64,000 nt of DNA, from NCBI GenBank assembly GCA_964187785.1, contig OZ076409.1, positions 93,188,001-93,252,000 on the forward strand, read 5' to 3'. The DNA comes from Amphiscolops sp. MND2022. Its lineage: Eukaryota. This document shows, piece after piece, positions 48,655 to 62,839 of this stretch. The notes beneath the pieces are model-generated. The model searched no databases. It worked only from the letters and a program-made list of their open reading frames with translations, and was not told where the DNA came from. The translations under genes were made by a program, and so were the position numbers. Position 1 is the stretch's first letter. The number at the start of each line of letters is the position of its first letter.

Positions 48655-49748
48655 GTAAGTGTAAATTGGTAGATTTTTTTTAAACTATGGAGTAAATTTG
48701 GTGGATTAGGCTCCAAAACATCACAAAAAAGCACCAGTTGTCAAAATTCCACTCGGTTTTATAATCTGCACAATAAATAGTCTTCTTTGGGTGATCTTAA
48801 TTGAGGAACAAGACGAACTTATAGAAATGATCTCCAAGAATCGATCAGTATACTAAGGTGAGTACTGAATATTTCTATGTGCTAACATGAATAAATTATT
48901 GGTTCCAACAGCAATAAGCAGACAAACACAACGAAACACGTTTGTCTTGATTTTGGATCTTCTATGTTAATCCCCCAATCAACTTAATACCTCCCAGTTA
49001 GGCGGTCAAGTGAAATTATCATTGCGTTATTAGGAACAGCCAATCAAATTACAGTATTTTATATCTCAAACTGCAACTCAAAATCATCGCTCATATTGAG
49101 GGGAATTACAATTTTCGTGGTCAACGGGGGGTTTGGTTGAACTAACAGAAAAGATCCTTGATCCTGAACATCCATAAAAGTCGTAGAACGAGTACTGCAA
49201 TCACGACATAATTCAACTCACGACCATGCCACAGTTCGTCGTTGGTACGAAACAACGTATAATAGTACGTCACAAAAAGCAGGTGGTAGGTTTTACAGCC
49301 GAAGGTATTACTATTTAGTAAAGCAGAATCAAGTTATACGAGAACCGAGTCGAATTCTCGAATTCTTACTTGTGATTGGTCTATAGTGAGCTTTGAATGA
49401 TGAAACTATTGTGTAACTTTGCAACTGGAAATCAAAGTGCTAGTTTAGTTATTTCGTCGCCCAATCAGATTTGAAATGAGCTTCATATTCGTTCTTCTCA
49501 AAAAACTTATAAAACGAATAATTGATGTCACATATTTGCCAATAGACCTTATTCACTGTACAAATAACATTGTGAAACGTTTATTTCGTAGTACTATTTA
49601 TTGTCCGAATCGTTGCACTACGAATGTCCGAATGATCATACTACGATAGGCATGCAGGTGCTGTTAGGCTTGACTTGGTGGTGTTTGGCGTCTAGATGCA
49701 GCGTTTGGAATGTAGGAGAGATTGTGATATTAATTGTTCCATCTTTCA

Positions 49749-49830
49749 GTCCCAGCTGTGTTAAATATGCTACCAGTTTTTGCATCTTGTATGTCCCGGG
49801 ATTCCCGACCAGGTTGATCATACTCTGGCA
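49749..49830 (+). CDS. Possible GPCR TM6 segment
   Basis: ATSFCILYVPGF fits the FxxxW/YxP TM6 pattern downstream of a tttcAG; splice phase not resolved. Confidence 0.3.
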
Positions 49831-51003
49831 CCATACAAATAATACAATTTTTTCTATGATCTTAGCATAATCAATCTGGAATGATTTATGATCAAAATTA
49901 TGGTCAATTTGGATCCATAAACTTCTATGGTCCTGTTTGAAACCATATAAAAGCTCCAGTCTGAAATCATTTTTTTCAATCGTGGCAGTTACTTCCATTG
50001 AAATTCCAGCTTAATGAAATCATGTTCATCATAATATGGGTAATATATCATAGACTGAACCATATATGGTCCAGAGTCTGGTCAGCCTGGAACCAAAAAC
50101 ATTTATGGTCCAGTGTATGATCAGCCGGGAATCAACCTTTCTTTATTATGGCAGAGTATGATCACCCTGTTGTTGTATTGGAGGGAAACCCGAGGTATTT
50201 TTTTCAGTATATTTTCATAAATTTTTAGGCTTTTACATTGCTCTACCTAGGGACAAAACAAATGCATGCCATGGCTACAATGTAAAACCACTTTCTTGAG
50301 ATTTAGGCTCGTTCGATTCAGCTAGAGGTTTTTCGAAACGGAAAATTTGTCCGGATGGGTTAAGTCCGAAGTCTTTCCTTGCCAGGTGCTGTAGGTTAAA
50401 TTAATTTTTAACCCTTTATTTTGAGGACAATTCTGATTGCAACGAGAGTGCTAACACAAAAAAACAGAACGACCATTTTTGAAAAAAAAATTAGTCATCG
50501 CATCCAATTGAAATACCAAAATTCTTTCAAAATTAATATGGTTCACTTTTTGGTTGATAAGGTAATGAATCATCTTTAAAACATTTCTTTTGACCTCGTA
50601 ATCTGAGACGCCTCCAAAAAATTGGGACTCCGAACAAATAAAATGCTAAAAGCTTTTGGAAATTATTTTTTAGGATTCTAATACTCCTAATGTCTGATCA
50701 AGAAGGTCACAGGGAAAAATAGCCAATAAGTTTTTTGACAATTTTACTTTTAAAACGTGGAATATCCTATCCTGAAGCATATCAAGTTTATTCTAAACAC
50801 TACCTTGGTAAACTCTGTTTACATTAATGAACTCTAGATACCCTAAAAGAACATACTTCGTTGCTCAAAAACAGACATATGATGAATGCTACGCTACTCA
50901 GTTTTCAATCAACTCAGATTCGGAAAAGATTTGTTATGCAACAGAGTGTCAAAGAAGTTATGTAACGGTTTCATTTTGAATAATGATTACCTGGTATACA
51001 ATG

Positions 51004-52567
51004 TGTCGCAGGCTGCCACCTGTGATCTTATTTTATTTTATGTCCCTTTGTGTCGTCTTGGACAGCCAGTCCGGTTTAATTTAGACCAATCATATTGCAG
51101 TATTAGTATGAGTTCTCTGATTTAGTGCTTTTAATTAATGGACGTGATGGCCGTTCACCGATTGTCAACTAATAAACCAGTACGTTTGCGGCAGTCGGAC
51201 ATTGAGTCCTAATTTGCATTTTAAGTGCTGTTAACTTTCATTTAAAGGCCATTCACGGCTGTCCACCTAAATAAATCTCTCACTTATGGCTAGTGGACAG
51301 CTAGTCCGGTTAAATATTAACCAATCAGAGCGCAGTATTACTTTCATTTGTTGCTGTACTGAGTTATTTAATCAAAGGATTAGACGGCCATATGTCGCTT
51401 GTCAATAAAGCGCTTGTCCGTTCATGTCTATGGGACGCTGAGTCCGTAACTAAATTAAAAGCGCTAGCTGGTGAATATTATCAATTGCATAATTGTTGGT
51501 GCTTTAATTTCCCATTAGATGCATTATTAGTCCTCAAAGGACTTATGAACTACGACAGACAACGTGCTATCAGTGCATCTTCATATAATTCACGCAATCC
51601 TAACGAGTGTTGAAATACATGTATCCTGTTTAGTTTTATGCATGTAAATCGTTTATTGTCCGTATGGACTCACGGGCTTCCCGCCATGTTAACTGTCGGA
51701 AAGGCCCTTTGATGTATATAGCGTCATGATGATGCTTGTTACTATTTATAGCATTGGCTATATTTAGAAAGCCCTTAAGGCTATTTTCAGTTCATGACTG
51801 TTAAAATATTGAGTGTCATGCAGTGTTGCATATAAATAACCGGGACTCGTAGTCCCGGGGAACACAATTGTTCTGACGCTGTTATAAACTGTTTGATAAA
51901 TCCGTTCAAATAAACTGTGTTTGCAAGCTTAAGAAAATTAATTTAAATTCTTACCTCTTGCAATAATCTCTTATGCCTTCCACTAGAAAACAAAGAGCGA
52001 AAGGAAGGAGCTGAAGGCAAGTGGACTTGATGTCTGATGTAGAGAATCTAGACGTAATGTTGGGTTCGTACTCAAGAAATCAATTAGAAGTTAATTCCGA
52101 CGATAGAAATGATGAAGTGGACCTTGGGTCTGACAGGACTAGACAGGACGTAGTCCAAAATAGCGAGGATTTCAGATCGCTTTCAAATTCAAATAGTAGG
52201 GAAAACAGTGAATCTACTATTGAGACCGTGAGGCTAGTAAATTCAGAAGTTTCCAGGAAAATGGAGGAATTGAAAAGGGACTTAAATTCCCAAATAGCTG
52301 AGACTATAAATCCACTAATCAATGAGAGAAACCTTCCAAATATCCAAAATACCATGACTAATCAAAATTCTGTGTTTCGGGAAGAAATGGACCAGAGGTC
52401 CGGTAGACTAAACAGGACCGCCGGAGAGAAAAATGCTAGAAATGCATTGAAAATGAACTCAAAGCCTATTTTGGCTAATAGTAGTCGACGAGACTACTTT
52501 AGTGGAAACTCTGATGTTTCCCAATCAAGTGACGAACATCATGACATATTGACCAAGAGTCACGACA
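51004..52567 (+). repeat. 5' LTR of element 2
   Basis: Near-identical to 59204-60767 (differences noticed at 52091 and 52312). TATAAATA ~51831, hairpin CCGGGACT-CGT-AGTCCCGG, AATAAA ~51909. Confidence 0.95.
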
Positions 52568-53688
52568 TGGTGACAGGAGCCAAACCTACCCCTCGTACAG
52601 TTCCTGAATTTCTTACTGGACGGCCCATGCACTGCCAAATCGACACACAGAATCCAAATCCCCCACTTGGTCAGTCTTCGGAGAATAACCCTCCGGTCCA
52701 AGGGACAAGTGCCAACGATAACTCAGACCCTATCAGACGCCTTGCGGATATGCTGGTCGGAATGAATAGCAAATTATCACCACAAACACTGATGGTACGA
52801 CCGGTCAGCACCACCACACTGACGTTTGATGGCAAGTCGGAGAAATTCGAACTCTTTGAAGATCTTTTTCATACCATGATAAAGATGCAGCCGGAAATGA
52901 CAGAAACGATGAAAATCAATCATTTTCACTCCCTATTAAGGAAAAATGCCTTACAAACATTCCGCAATATTAGCACTGCTAATAGGCAAACCTTGGAAGA
53001 TGTACTGGCAGTCTTCAGACGAAAGTACGTCAAACCAGAATCTCAGGCAACTGCCAAGCACAAATGGCATAAATTAGTGTTTGATCCAAACACTATGAAA
53101 TTGCCGGACTTTCTTGAAGAATTAAATCAGGGTGCGGAAAAGGCGTTCGGTGAAAACGCCCAGGCGATGATAGACAGCCTATTGTACGCCAAATTGCCCC
53201 CAAGACTCAAAAGATCCGTCAATATGGCACGACTGGAAAACGCTTCATATGAGGAAATTGTCACCCACTTGGAGCGAGAATTAGAGCTTAATGGACTTGA
53301 GGAAGGTAACGACATTCCAGTACCCACAATGTCAACTGCCCCTACAGCAACACGACCGGGAACTGGCCTTCTTTCTTCGGGTATTGACCCAAATATCACC
53401 TGCAACTATTGCAAAAAACCCGGGCACGTCAAGGACGACTGCCGGAAGCTCAAAAGAAAGGAGGAACAAAAACGCAACGAAGGGCAGGATACCAAGAAAG
53501 AATATCCCAAATGTCCGACTTGTGACAAAATAAACCACCCGGCGGAGCGGTGTTGGAAAGGCGCCGGAGCCCACCTCAAGCCCAAAAACCTCAAATTGGA
53601 GGACGCAAAACAGGACGATGCGTCCACTAGCCCACATGATGCTAACAACAAGCAACCCACCTCTATCTTAAAAAACTCAAAAAACTAA
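51973..53688 (+). CDS. gag: gag of element 2 (starts inside the LTR; early TGA at 52012)
   Basis: Capsid-like TFDGKSEKFELFEDLF; zinc knuckles CNYCKKPGHVKDDC and CPTCDKINHPAERC. Confidence 0.9.
53679..53685 (+). promoter_or_regulatory. -1 ribosomal frameshift slippery heptamer A AAA AAC at the gag/pol junction
   Basis: XXXYYYZ heptamer in the gag frame immediately before the TAA; the pol ORF (53691) is in the -1 frame. Confidence 0.75.
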
Positions 53689-55973
53689 TTTTGCCACGAC
53701 TCCAATTTAATGAAGAACTACGTGTCAGAAAGTATATAATTTCTGACCGTTCTACTGTATTTTGTTTCGAATATTATTCTTCACTTAAGGGAGACTCATC
53801 AGGTGACTGGCAGCAGCCAATGAGCACCACCCCTACTCATTTTCGCACGTTGGACAACTGGTCCGACGGACGTGACTTGACTACGGACTATATCCGTCCT
53901 CTACCAGCAATACCCGATTATAACCCCTACTATATGGACCCTGACTAAGGTGTTGACCCCTATTGGGACATTCAAATCTACAATCAGCATGAGTTACAAT
54001 TCCATGAAGATTTCAACAAACAAGACACCGAAATCGAACCTGGCTGTCGCGTAACTGACAGGACATTAAACCATGCTCTGACTAAAGCTCTAGTTGACCC
54101 GTTACAAACAAGAACTAATTCTTACGTGTCACCGGCACACGATGAGTCAGCAGACGAATTCTATCATACTGGACCGCAAGTCTCTTTGACCACGGCCGTC
54201 GAAGCACGAATTCTGAACACCCTGGTCAACAGAAATGACGAGCCAGATTATGTACCGCTGACAACCAACCTTGGACTCAAATATAAACGACGAATGCTCT
54301 ATTTTTTTATGGATTTTGGCGAACTTACATTAAATGGCCTTGTAGACACGGGAGCCCTATCTAGCACGATCCCAGAAGCTGATCTATGTAAAATCCGATT
54401 GTTAGCCCCTCAGTCAATTGACAAAGAGGGCCCAGCACCCAATTTCCAATTAATGGTAGCGAATGGGCAGTTGGAAACTCCAAAGAGCACTGTCGAACTG
54501 AAATTTGAAGTCAGCGATATAGATTTTCACGAGATTTTCATAGTTATGGAAAAACCCACAAGTCCGTTAATTGGTTTTTCGTACCTTCAGCGGAACGATA
54601 CCATTTTGGATATGAGACAAGGACTCTTAAATTTCCCCTTTTTCTCGATGCAATTAAAGACAGCGTATCACAAGTATACGAAAGTCATGGAGCCTATCAG
54701 TACAAAGGAGGACATCACAATTCCCCCAAATGGCAGGCAATTGATCTCCATAAATTTCCAAATGTATGCAGACACTACGGTCACAGCCATACTTCAGCCG
54801 AGCTCTACCATCGCTGAGGATGATGATGTTGCACTTTGTGCTGCCTTGGTCAGATTGACGCAAGGTCGAACCATGATCCATGTGAACAATTTCACGGATC
54901 ATCCTTATACCCTAAGACGGGGTTCGCAAATTTCTGTTCTCACGCCGAAACAAATGAAATTCGTCAAACCTATAGACCCGGTGATCACATGGCACCCTCT
55001 ACAGGACTATCCTGAAAATGCTGATTTCTATGCCAGCAGTTTATCAAATCTACAAAGCCTGAGGATTTTAAGGAGGGCTATTCGTTCCTACTCCGGAAGA
55101 CCCCGGGGGCCCTCAGCAACATGCGCCCATTCAGAAACAAGTTAGTTATTCAGAAACACATTCTGAACTAGTTACAGAACCTTCAAGAACTCAACCTCCA
55201 GGACGACCCCGAGTCCAGGCGGAAATTCTTGACCAACTTCGACAGTTCAGAATGCATGCTCCAACAGGACGAGGGTGCACGTATAGAAGACCTTTTAGTC
55301 GAGCTTTACAATATTTGTCCTCGACATCGATTCGACATAGGAATGAATGAGGAATTTAAGGTTAAATTGACTCCAAAAGACGATTCCCCTATCTATAGCC
55401 AAAGTCTACCAACGACAATCAACCTCAAGGAGGATATTCTTGTCGAATTGGCGTTTCTCCATTGCTACGGGATAATCACAACACTTCTCGACTACGGAAA
55501 TACATGCCAAATGTTCCACTAAAGGACGCTCGACCGGAAGGAATTTGCAGCCTGATGACGAAATTGACATTCCTCAAGACGATTTATACGTAATTACGTG
55601 GGAAACGAACTTTGGAGACTTTGAGTCTGGTCGACGTAATGCGACCTACGAGCTACCGACTGAACGAGCAGAGACTACGAGCGACGCTGCTGACATTGCT
55701 GAGCAACCAGATAAAATTCTGACCGATGTGGACCTACGGTCCACCAGACGCGACGTGACTGCAGAAAGTCTTCCTGATCAAATAATGCACGAAAGTGACA
55801 ATGAATCAACTCCTGATGTTAAAACATCCTCAGGGGGGAGAGATACTATCGTGCCCGAAGTATTACAAAGTGAAGAAGACGGAGTGTTTGTAGAAAATGA
55901 AAGCCCTAGGGGAAGAATAAACAACCTTCGCCCTAACCCCACCCCCAACTACTCTGAAGAATACAGATACTAG
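53686..55973 (+). pseudogene. pol: Truncated pol of element 2: protease and RT N-terminus joined by a deletion to an integrase-like C-terminal tail
   Basis: Protease LVDTGA; RT start LTPKDDSPIYSQSLP...YGIITTL, then a jump at ~55487. No YxDD, RNase H or DDE core seen. Confidence 0.82.
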
Positions 55974-58900
55974 TCAGAATATTAAATTGCGAAGTCCTTT
56001 TCTTGCTATCTGTCTTCAAGGACATGTATTTTTACTTGGGACTATTCTGACTTCTTTTGAAATAAATACCCGTCGACAAAGCAACTTAGTGGCGTACAAT
56101 ATAAAGGCCACAAATGGCAACTGCAAATAATGATTTAGCTTTATCCTGTTCTGGGATTTGTCCCTCAATTACGGCTGGGATCATTCTTCAGCTCCTAATG
56201 ACTCCATCTTTCTTGTGAAGTATGCCCCACAACTTTCAGTGTTGCTCGTTGATGACAGCTCAACTAAGGACCTCGTGTCTACTGGGCGTCCAGCGACCTC
56301 TGGTTCGGGGATTGACTCAATTTGTTGGGACTCATCTCTATTACCTCAGTTGATTTTGGATTCGGTTGGCCACTCATTTCTTTGCCTAAACGGAAAGAAA
56401 TAAATTCATGCGATCTACTTCCGCTATAAAAATCCATCATATCGCGTTTGAAAGCCTTTCGAAAGCAAATTCATTATCTGTTCATACCTATGGGTGAATA
56501 TTTTACGATGGAGGAAGTGAAAACTTAGTCAATGGGAAGCCCTGATCAAGCTCAAAATTGACAAAATACTTTAAAGAACCAACCTGATGTTTGTCTAAAT
56601 TGGCAAGCAGAATTTGTCTGTCGAACTTCAACTGTTGGACTGGAAGGCTGACGTCCATGATTTGGAAAGATTACTATTATGTTGGAATTGGTGATCGGGA
56701 AACAGCTAAGGGACAAATACTGACTCAGGTCAAGCAGGGTCTGATAGACTTGAAGTCCAAGAAATGCAAAACTGCGTGAGGATGCTGCTGATGAGACAAA
56801 ACTGTCACAAAATTAACCTGTTGTGGTCTAATCGGCTAAACTGACCCTGGAGAATGATAATCAAAGATTCGAATACAAAATGTAACAAGGAAGATAAAGA
56901 ATTTGAGTGCTATACTGTTGACTGTGTTAGTTATCAAATTGGTATAAGGTGCTCTACGACAATTCGACTACAAGTCCCATTTTCCTATACTTTCTTGTTA
57001 CTACCAAATTCGACAATTGAGGAGGTTAATTATCTAGTTATTGCATTCTTTAATATGACTTTCATTAAAGGACGTCGTGGCTACATGCAAACTATTTCAT
57101 TACTACCGAAGTTACTATTTATTTCAACTAAACTTTCAGCATGATTTTCGGTGTTTCGGAACCTGCCAGTGATGTACACTGGACCACTATTCCTTCTTAC
57201 CATCATTTTATCATTTTGTTTTCTTATTAAAATTACCATCATTACAATTTCTATATTTCATCGATCTTCGCCATTTTGATATTTCATTCAGAAAATTCAT
57301 TTATTTAATGGCAGAATTTGATTGGCTAGTTAGTCGAAGCTAGATGCGTAGACCGCTGGTCTTTGAAGTACACAGTGTATTTATTCATCATAACATCTTG
57401 ATTTCGTTCATCTCAATTTCATCCGACCGATCAGTCGACTCACTTAAATTTCGACATTTGCAAAGAAATTCTTTCTGAATATACATAAAGTTGAAACGTC
57501 TCTACAATTCTCTGATGACTGTGGTCCTATCTGGCTGTATAGACAACGGATCTTTTGCTAGCACACTATGCAGCCAAGGAAGCTTCTTTGATTCCGAGCT
57601 AAATAGTGAACGAATCGACCGGGCAGGAGAATCCTACACAACAAGACAACGCAGAATAGATGCTTCTCAGGCTGGGTTGCGAGCGGGCTCAATTTTTCTC
57701 GTACCCAGGGGAGTGTCGCAGGATGCCGTCTGCGATGAGAATTTGTACCAAGTGATGGCAAACGATAGAGGAGTTTTGCCTCTATAGACCACGTGGACCG
57801 CCAGTCCACGTTTGAACGACTTTTATAAACATCTAGTCTTTATAAACTGTCTATTTATACAATTTTAAAATTTTACGGACCGTCGGTCCATTCGCCTAAG
57901 TGCGACTTATAGTTAAAATTGTTTTCCTGTGCTTAACATGCAAAATATTGTACAATTATAGTTCATTCATTAATTTATTATGATTGGTATCTATTTCACA
58001 GGTAAACCAGAAAGCTAGAAGCTTGAAATATCAATTTGCAGTATAAAAGTAACTGGAACGTTGAAAGGAAACGCGTTCCAATGGACGCCTCAACTAGTCA
58101 AATCGACGTGTGGTCCTTTTACTTTATTATCCAATCAGCGCTTATTATTCATTCACTTGTTCTATTATTGTGATAATTATTTGTTGCCTTCAAATAAAAG
58201 GCCGGATACGGCAGACAGCCGGCTACGGCCTTAATCGTCATTCAAAAGTTGGTGCTCTTCACTTGTATTTTTGAATGCTAGTATTATGCAGTATTTCATT
58301 CATTTACTATTGCTGTAATTCAATGACCGAGTACGGCCATGCGCCGTAGACAGCTTGGCAGTAGAGGGCGCTTGGACGACAAGGCCTTATTATTACAAAA
58401 CTTTGATGCTACTGTTCCAGCGCTGTACTATTATTGCTCAAATGTCTTTTGGCTTGGCGCGGTGGACCACAGGTCCAAATTTAGACTGACCAATCAGAAG
58501 CGCTTACATATTTATATTATTAGTGCTGTGATTAAATACGTGTACGTGCTCAATTAAATTAAATGTACGAGTACGGTCACGCGCTGTAGTCAGCCTGTCG
58601 TAGCGGACCACAGGGCCTTATTTCAAATCATCCCATCACATGCCGCCATTCAGTGCTCTTATTAATTGTACGCAGTAAACAGAATTAAAAACCACGGTGG
58701 CCATGCAGTATTTAGAGACGTACTAATACGACAGACAGCCATTGTGGCTTTCCTTTATTTAAAGCAATTCTATTAACTTGACAATCTTGCGCTAATATGA
58801 AGCAGTTGAAATGTATTTTAATCAATACTTATCGATGCTTTGACACCAGTCCTTGGTGTCCCCTGACCAAGGACAGTCCACGAATCCTTGATGTTAGTAA

Positions 58901-59203
58901 AATAGTCCCCACCCGATATTTTATCCACTAACGAAGATTATTATGTAACCATGTCACATGTATTATGAGTGTTGCAAAATGTTGTGGACATGAAGGCCAT
59001 ATAGTTTGTTGCTTCTATACATGTAAAATGTTCTCGTTACAGCATATAAAATGATTGCAATGTGTTTCGGACATCATTCAAGAGACCTATTGTCCTAATA
59101 ACCAAAGTTGGACGGCACAGTAATCTATCAAGCGATGAAGACAACCACATGGACCGTTTCAGTGTGGGGTCAGCAGGGACGTTTCTCCTTATGCCAGGGG
59201 GAG

Positions 59204-60767
59204 TGTCGCAGGCTGCCACCTGTGATCTTATTTTATTTTATGTCCCTTTGTGTCGTCTTGGACAGCCAGTCCGGTTTAATTTAGACCAATCATATTGCAG
59301 TATTAGTATGAGTTCTCTGATTTAGTGCTTTTAATTAATGGACGTGATGGCCGTTCACCGATTGTCAACTAATAAACCAGTACGTTTGCGGCAGTCGGAC
59401 ATTGAGTCCTAATTTGCATTTTAAGTGCTGTTAACTTTCATTTAAAGGCCATTCACGGCTGTCCACCTAAATAAATCTCTCACTTATGGCTAGTGGACAG
59501 CTAGTCCGGTTAAATATTAACCAATCAGAGCGCAGTATTACTTTCATTTGTTGCTGTACTGAGTTATTTAATCAAAGGATTAGACGGCCATATGTCGCTT
59601 GTCAATAAAGCGCTTGTCCGTTCATGTCTATGGGACGCTGAGTCCGTAACTAAATTAAAAGCGCTAGCTGGTGAATATTATCAATTGCATAATTGTTGGT
59701 GCTTTAATTTCCCATTAGATGCATTATTAGTCCTCAAAGGACTTATGAACTACGACAGACAACGTGCTATCAGTGCATCTTCATATAATTCACGCAATCC
59801 TAACGAGTGTTGAAATACATGTATCCTGTTTAGTTTTATGCATGTAAATCGTTTATTGTCCGTATGGACTCACGGGCTTCCCGCCATGTTAACTGTCGGA
59901 AAGGCCCTTTGATGTATATAGCGTCATGATGATGCTTGTTACTATTTATAGCATTGGCTATATTTAGAAAGCCCTTAAGGCTATTTTCAGTTCATGACTG
60001 TTAAAATATTGAGTGTCATGCAGTGTTGCATATAAATAACCGGGACTCGTAGTCCCGGGGAACACAATTGTTCTGACGCTGTTATAAACTGTTTGATAAA
60101 TCCGTTCAAATAAACTGTGTTTGCAAGCTTAAGAAAATTAATTTAAATTCTTACCTCTTGCAATAATCTCTTATGCCTTCCACTAGAAAACAAAGAGCGA
60201 AAGGAAGGAGCTGAAGGCAAGTGGACTTGATGTCTGATGTAGAGAATCTAGACGTAATGTTGGGTTCGTACTCAAGAAATCAATTAGAAGGTAATTCCGA
60301 CGATAGAAATGATGAAGTGGACCTTGGGTCTGACAGGACTAGACAGGACGTAGTCCAAAATAGCGAGGATTTCAGATCGCTTTCAAATTCAAATAGTAGG
60401 GAAAACAGTGAATCTACTATTGAGACCGTGAGGCTAGTAAATTCAGAAGTTTCCAGGAAAATGGAGGAATTGAAAAGGGACTTAAATTCCCAAATAGCTG
60501 AGACTATAAATTCACTAATCAATGAGAGAAACCTTCCAAATATCCAAAATACCATGACTAATCAAAATTCTGTGTTTCGGGAAGAAATGGACCAGAGGTC
60601 CGGTAGACTAAACAGGACCGCCGGAGAGAAAAATGCTAGAAATGCATTGAAAATGAACTCAAAGCCTATTTTGGCTAATAGTAGTCGACGAGACTACTTT
60701 AGTGGAAACTCTGATGTTTCCCAATCAAGTGACGAACATCATGACATATTGACCAAGAGTCACGACA
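59204..60767 (+). repeat. 3' LTR of element 2
   Basis: Direct repeat of 51004-52567 at offset 8200. Confidence 0.95.
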
Positions 60768-62068
60768 CAATGTGGTGGCGCTAGGTTCTCCTTAGCTATC
60801 TCACTTTTGCGACATATCGACAGTCTAATCAGCACTTTGACAGGAAAGTTCCCCAAGTTTGTAACTTTTGACACGAAACTGATTAAGTAGCTCCTCTGGT
60901 CTACTTTTTTAATGCTCCTCTAGAACTCAAGGTAAAATAATGCGAATGAATAAAACAGTGACGTCATTACTCTGATTAGTCTCAAAAATCTTGTAGAAAA
61001 TTCTGCTAGACAATTTTGATAACTATAACGCTAGTAACGCATCGACTGTTTTATAATTTGCATCTAAAGAATTGCCCCTGTTCATATATAAAATTCAATA
61101 TCTGATATACCTAACCAAAATTCAAGTGAGAGAACTTTCACTCTACAAAAACCACACTAAAATGACTGTTAACGTTGTCTAGTTTTTTTCAGAAAGTTCG
61201 AACCATCCTCAGTTTGAAGACGTGTTTACCTAATGTGAGTTTCAAACAATGAGATGGTGAAACTTTTGGAGTTAGGAAATGATGACTTCCTGATAATCTG
61301 CTTGAAACAGTGTCAAATTATAAATGAATGTGATTTTCGATTACATATCAGCTAATTTAACGAAGTTTTGAGCAAAAAAAGCGTCATTATTCCTTGAGAA
61401 GCCTCATACTGTGCTCTTGGTCGCAATCTTCTTTAAAAAATAATGTAGACGACCTCGTTAGCAACAACTTTGGATGTCCTTTGACAGCGTTCGAAACTTT
61501 CATGATACAGTAATATTTAAACAGAAATCAAAAGCGTCAAAAAAGGTATGGAGTGCAACGCACTTTTGAAATCTAAAATTTTTGTCCAATACTTTCAACT
61601 CATTTTAATTCAAAGTGTACGCAATCAAGGCTTGTGATTTGTAGTTTGAGAACAATTCTAGGAAAAAAACGTTTAATCAGTCAAACCATGGTATATGATT
61701 TCTATCGTACTCCTATCCTTTTTGCCACTTGCTGCAAAACAATCCCGAGTTAGATCTCTCATAAGCCTATCTTTGCACTCTGTGAACTCCGATGGCTCTT
61801 GGACCAGTTAAGTGGGACATCGGGCTTGTAATATTTCACGTTTGTTCTGGTTTTTGAAGTTATTACGCAGTGTCATCTAGCGACGGAATTTTACCACAAG
61901 TTGATTTTTCCAAGGCTCTTACTTTTCCCGAAAAAAAAACCTTTGAAACTTAAAAAACAATCTTGTTTAATTTCACGAAAATATGATTACAACACAACGT
62001 GCTCACGAAATCAAAATTTCTGAAAAAACCTTTAGTTTTCAAAAATTTGCCGATCGTATTTTTGAAAT

Positions 62069-62839
62069 AAAAACAAAGATGGGAACGTCGAAAGTCGGCG
62101 CTATACCTGAAAGGTTAAAAAGTGCAAAGTTTTCAAAATATGCCCAGGACGTTTTTCATGCAAAACTCAGAAACAGTTTCAAAACACCCAACGGTTGGCT
62201 TCGTGCTCGGAAAACGCTTCAGAAGTTCACATATAGCCTGCTGAGCAAATGAGAGGTTTTGTTTTGATCCCGCGCCTCCTCATCAGTGAAACGCAAATTT
62301 CTTCCGATATAACGTCAAACATCCGGATTGTATTGGAAAATATCATTGGTGGATGTATATTGCGACAACGTAATATCAGAGGAAAATGAGAATTTTGAAA
62401 GTCTGATAGTGCCGCAAAGTGTAGATGGCTAACCCTGTGGATCATATTTTTATAAAATCCATATTATTGCAAATTATCAAAAAATTGAAGGGTTGGTATC
62501 TATTGAGAAAACTTAATATCAGACGAAAAAAATTGAATAGTATCAGTGCCGACAAAATCTAAAAGGGGCAAAGTCTTAGGGATTTTTTAACTATAATTTG
62601 GCAGAAAAAATCTCACAAAGCTGAAAAAGAGGTAGGTCCCACAGTGCCGATGAATTTGAAAGAAGTGGGCTTCTGCTTTGGAATGTAAGAGACTCTGGAT
62701 GCGTTCAAAATCACGTATTAAGTACTTTTGGTGAAAGCGCACTTAGTGCACAAAAATTGGACCATTCAAAGTGACACTGAAAAAAAACTAGTCACTGTAA
62801 TAGTCTTTTTTCTTAATGGAAAAGGAGTCGACTAAAAAA
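62069..62839 (-). mobile_element. Helentron/HINE-like repeat (diverged subfamily)
   Basis: GGGAACGTCGAAAGTCGGCGCTATACCTG at the left and GTCGACTAAAAAA at the right. Confidence 0.58.

Larger units (their letters stand above)
51004..60767 (+). mobile_element. Non-autonomous Ty3/Gypsy LTR retrotransposon with 1564-bp LTRs
   Basis: LTRs 51004-52567 and 59204-60767 (TGTCG...CGACA), TSD CAATG (50999-51003, 60768-60772), PBS TGGTGACAGGAG at 52568 and PPT AGGGGGAG before 59204. Confidence 0.96.

Noticed and set aside
51004..60767. DIRS/tyrosine-recombinase element, or an env gene in 56.0-59.2 kb
   Set aside because: TG...CA direct LTRs, a 5-bp TSD, PBS and PPT indicate a Gypsy element; the 3' region has no long ORF or recognisable envelope features.
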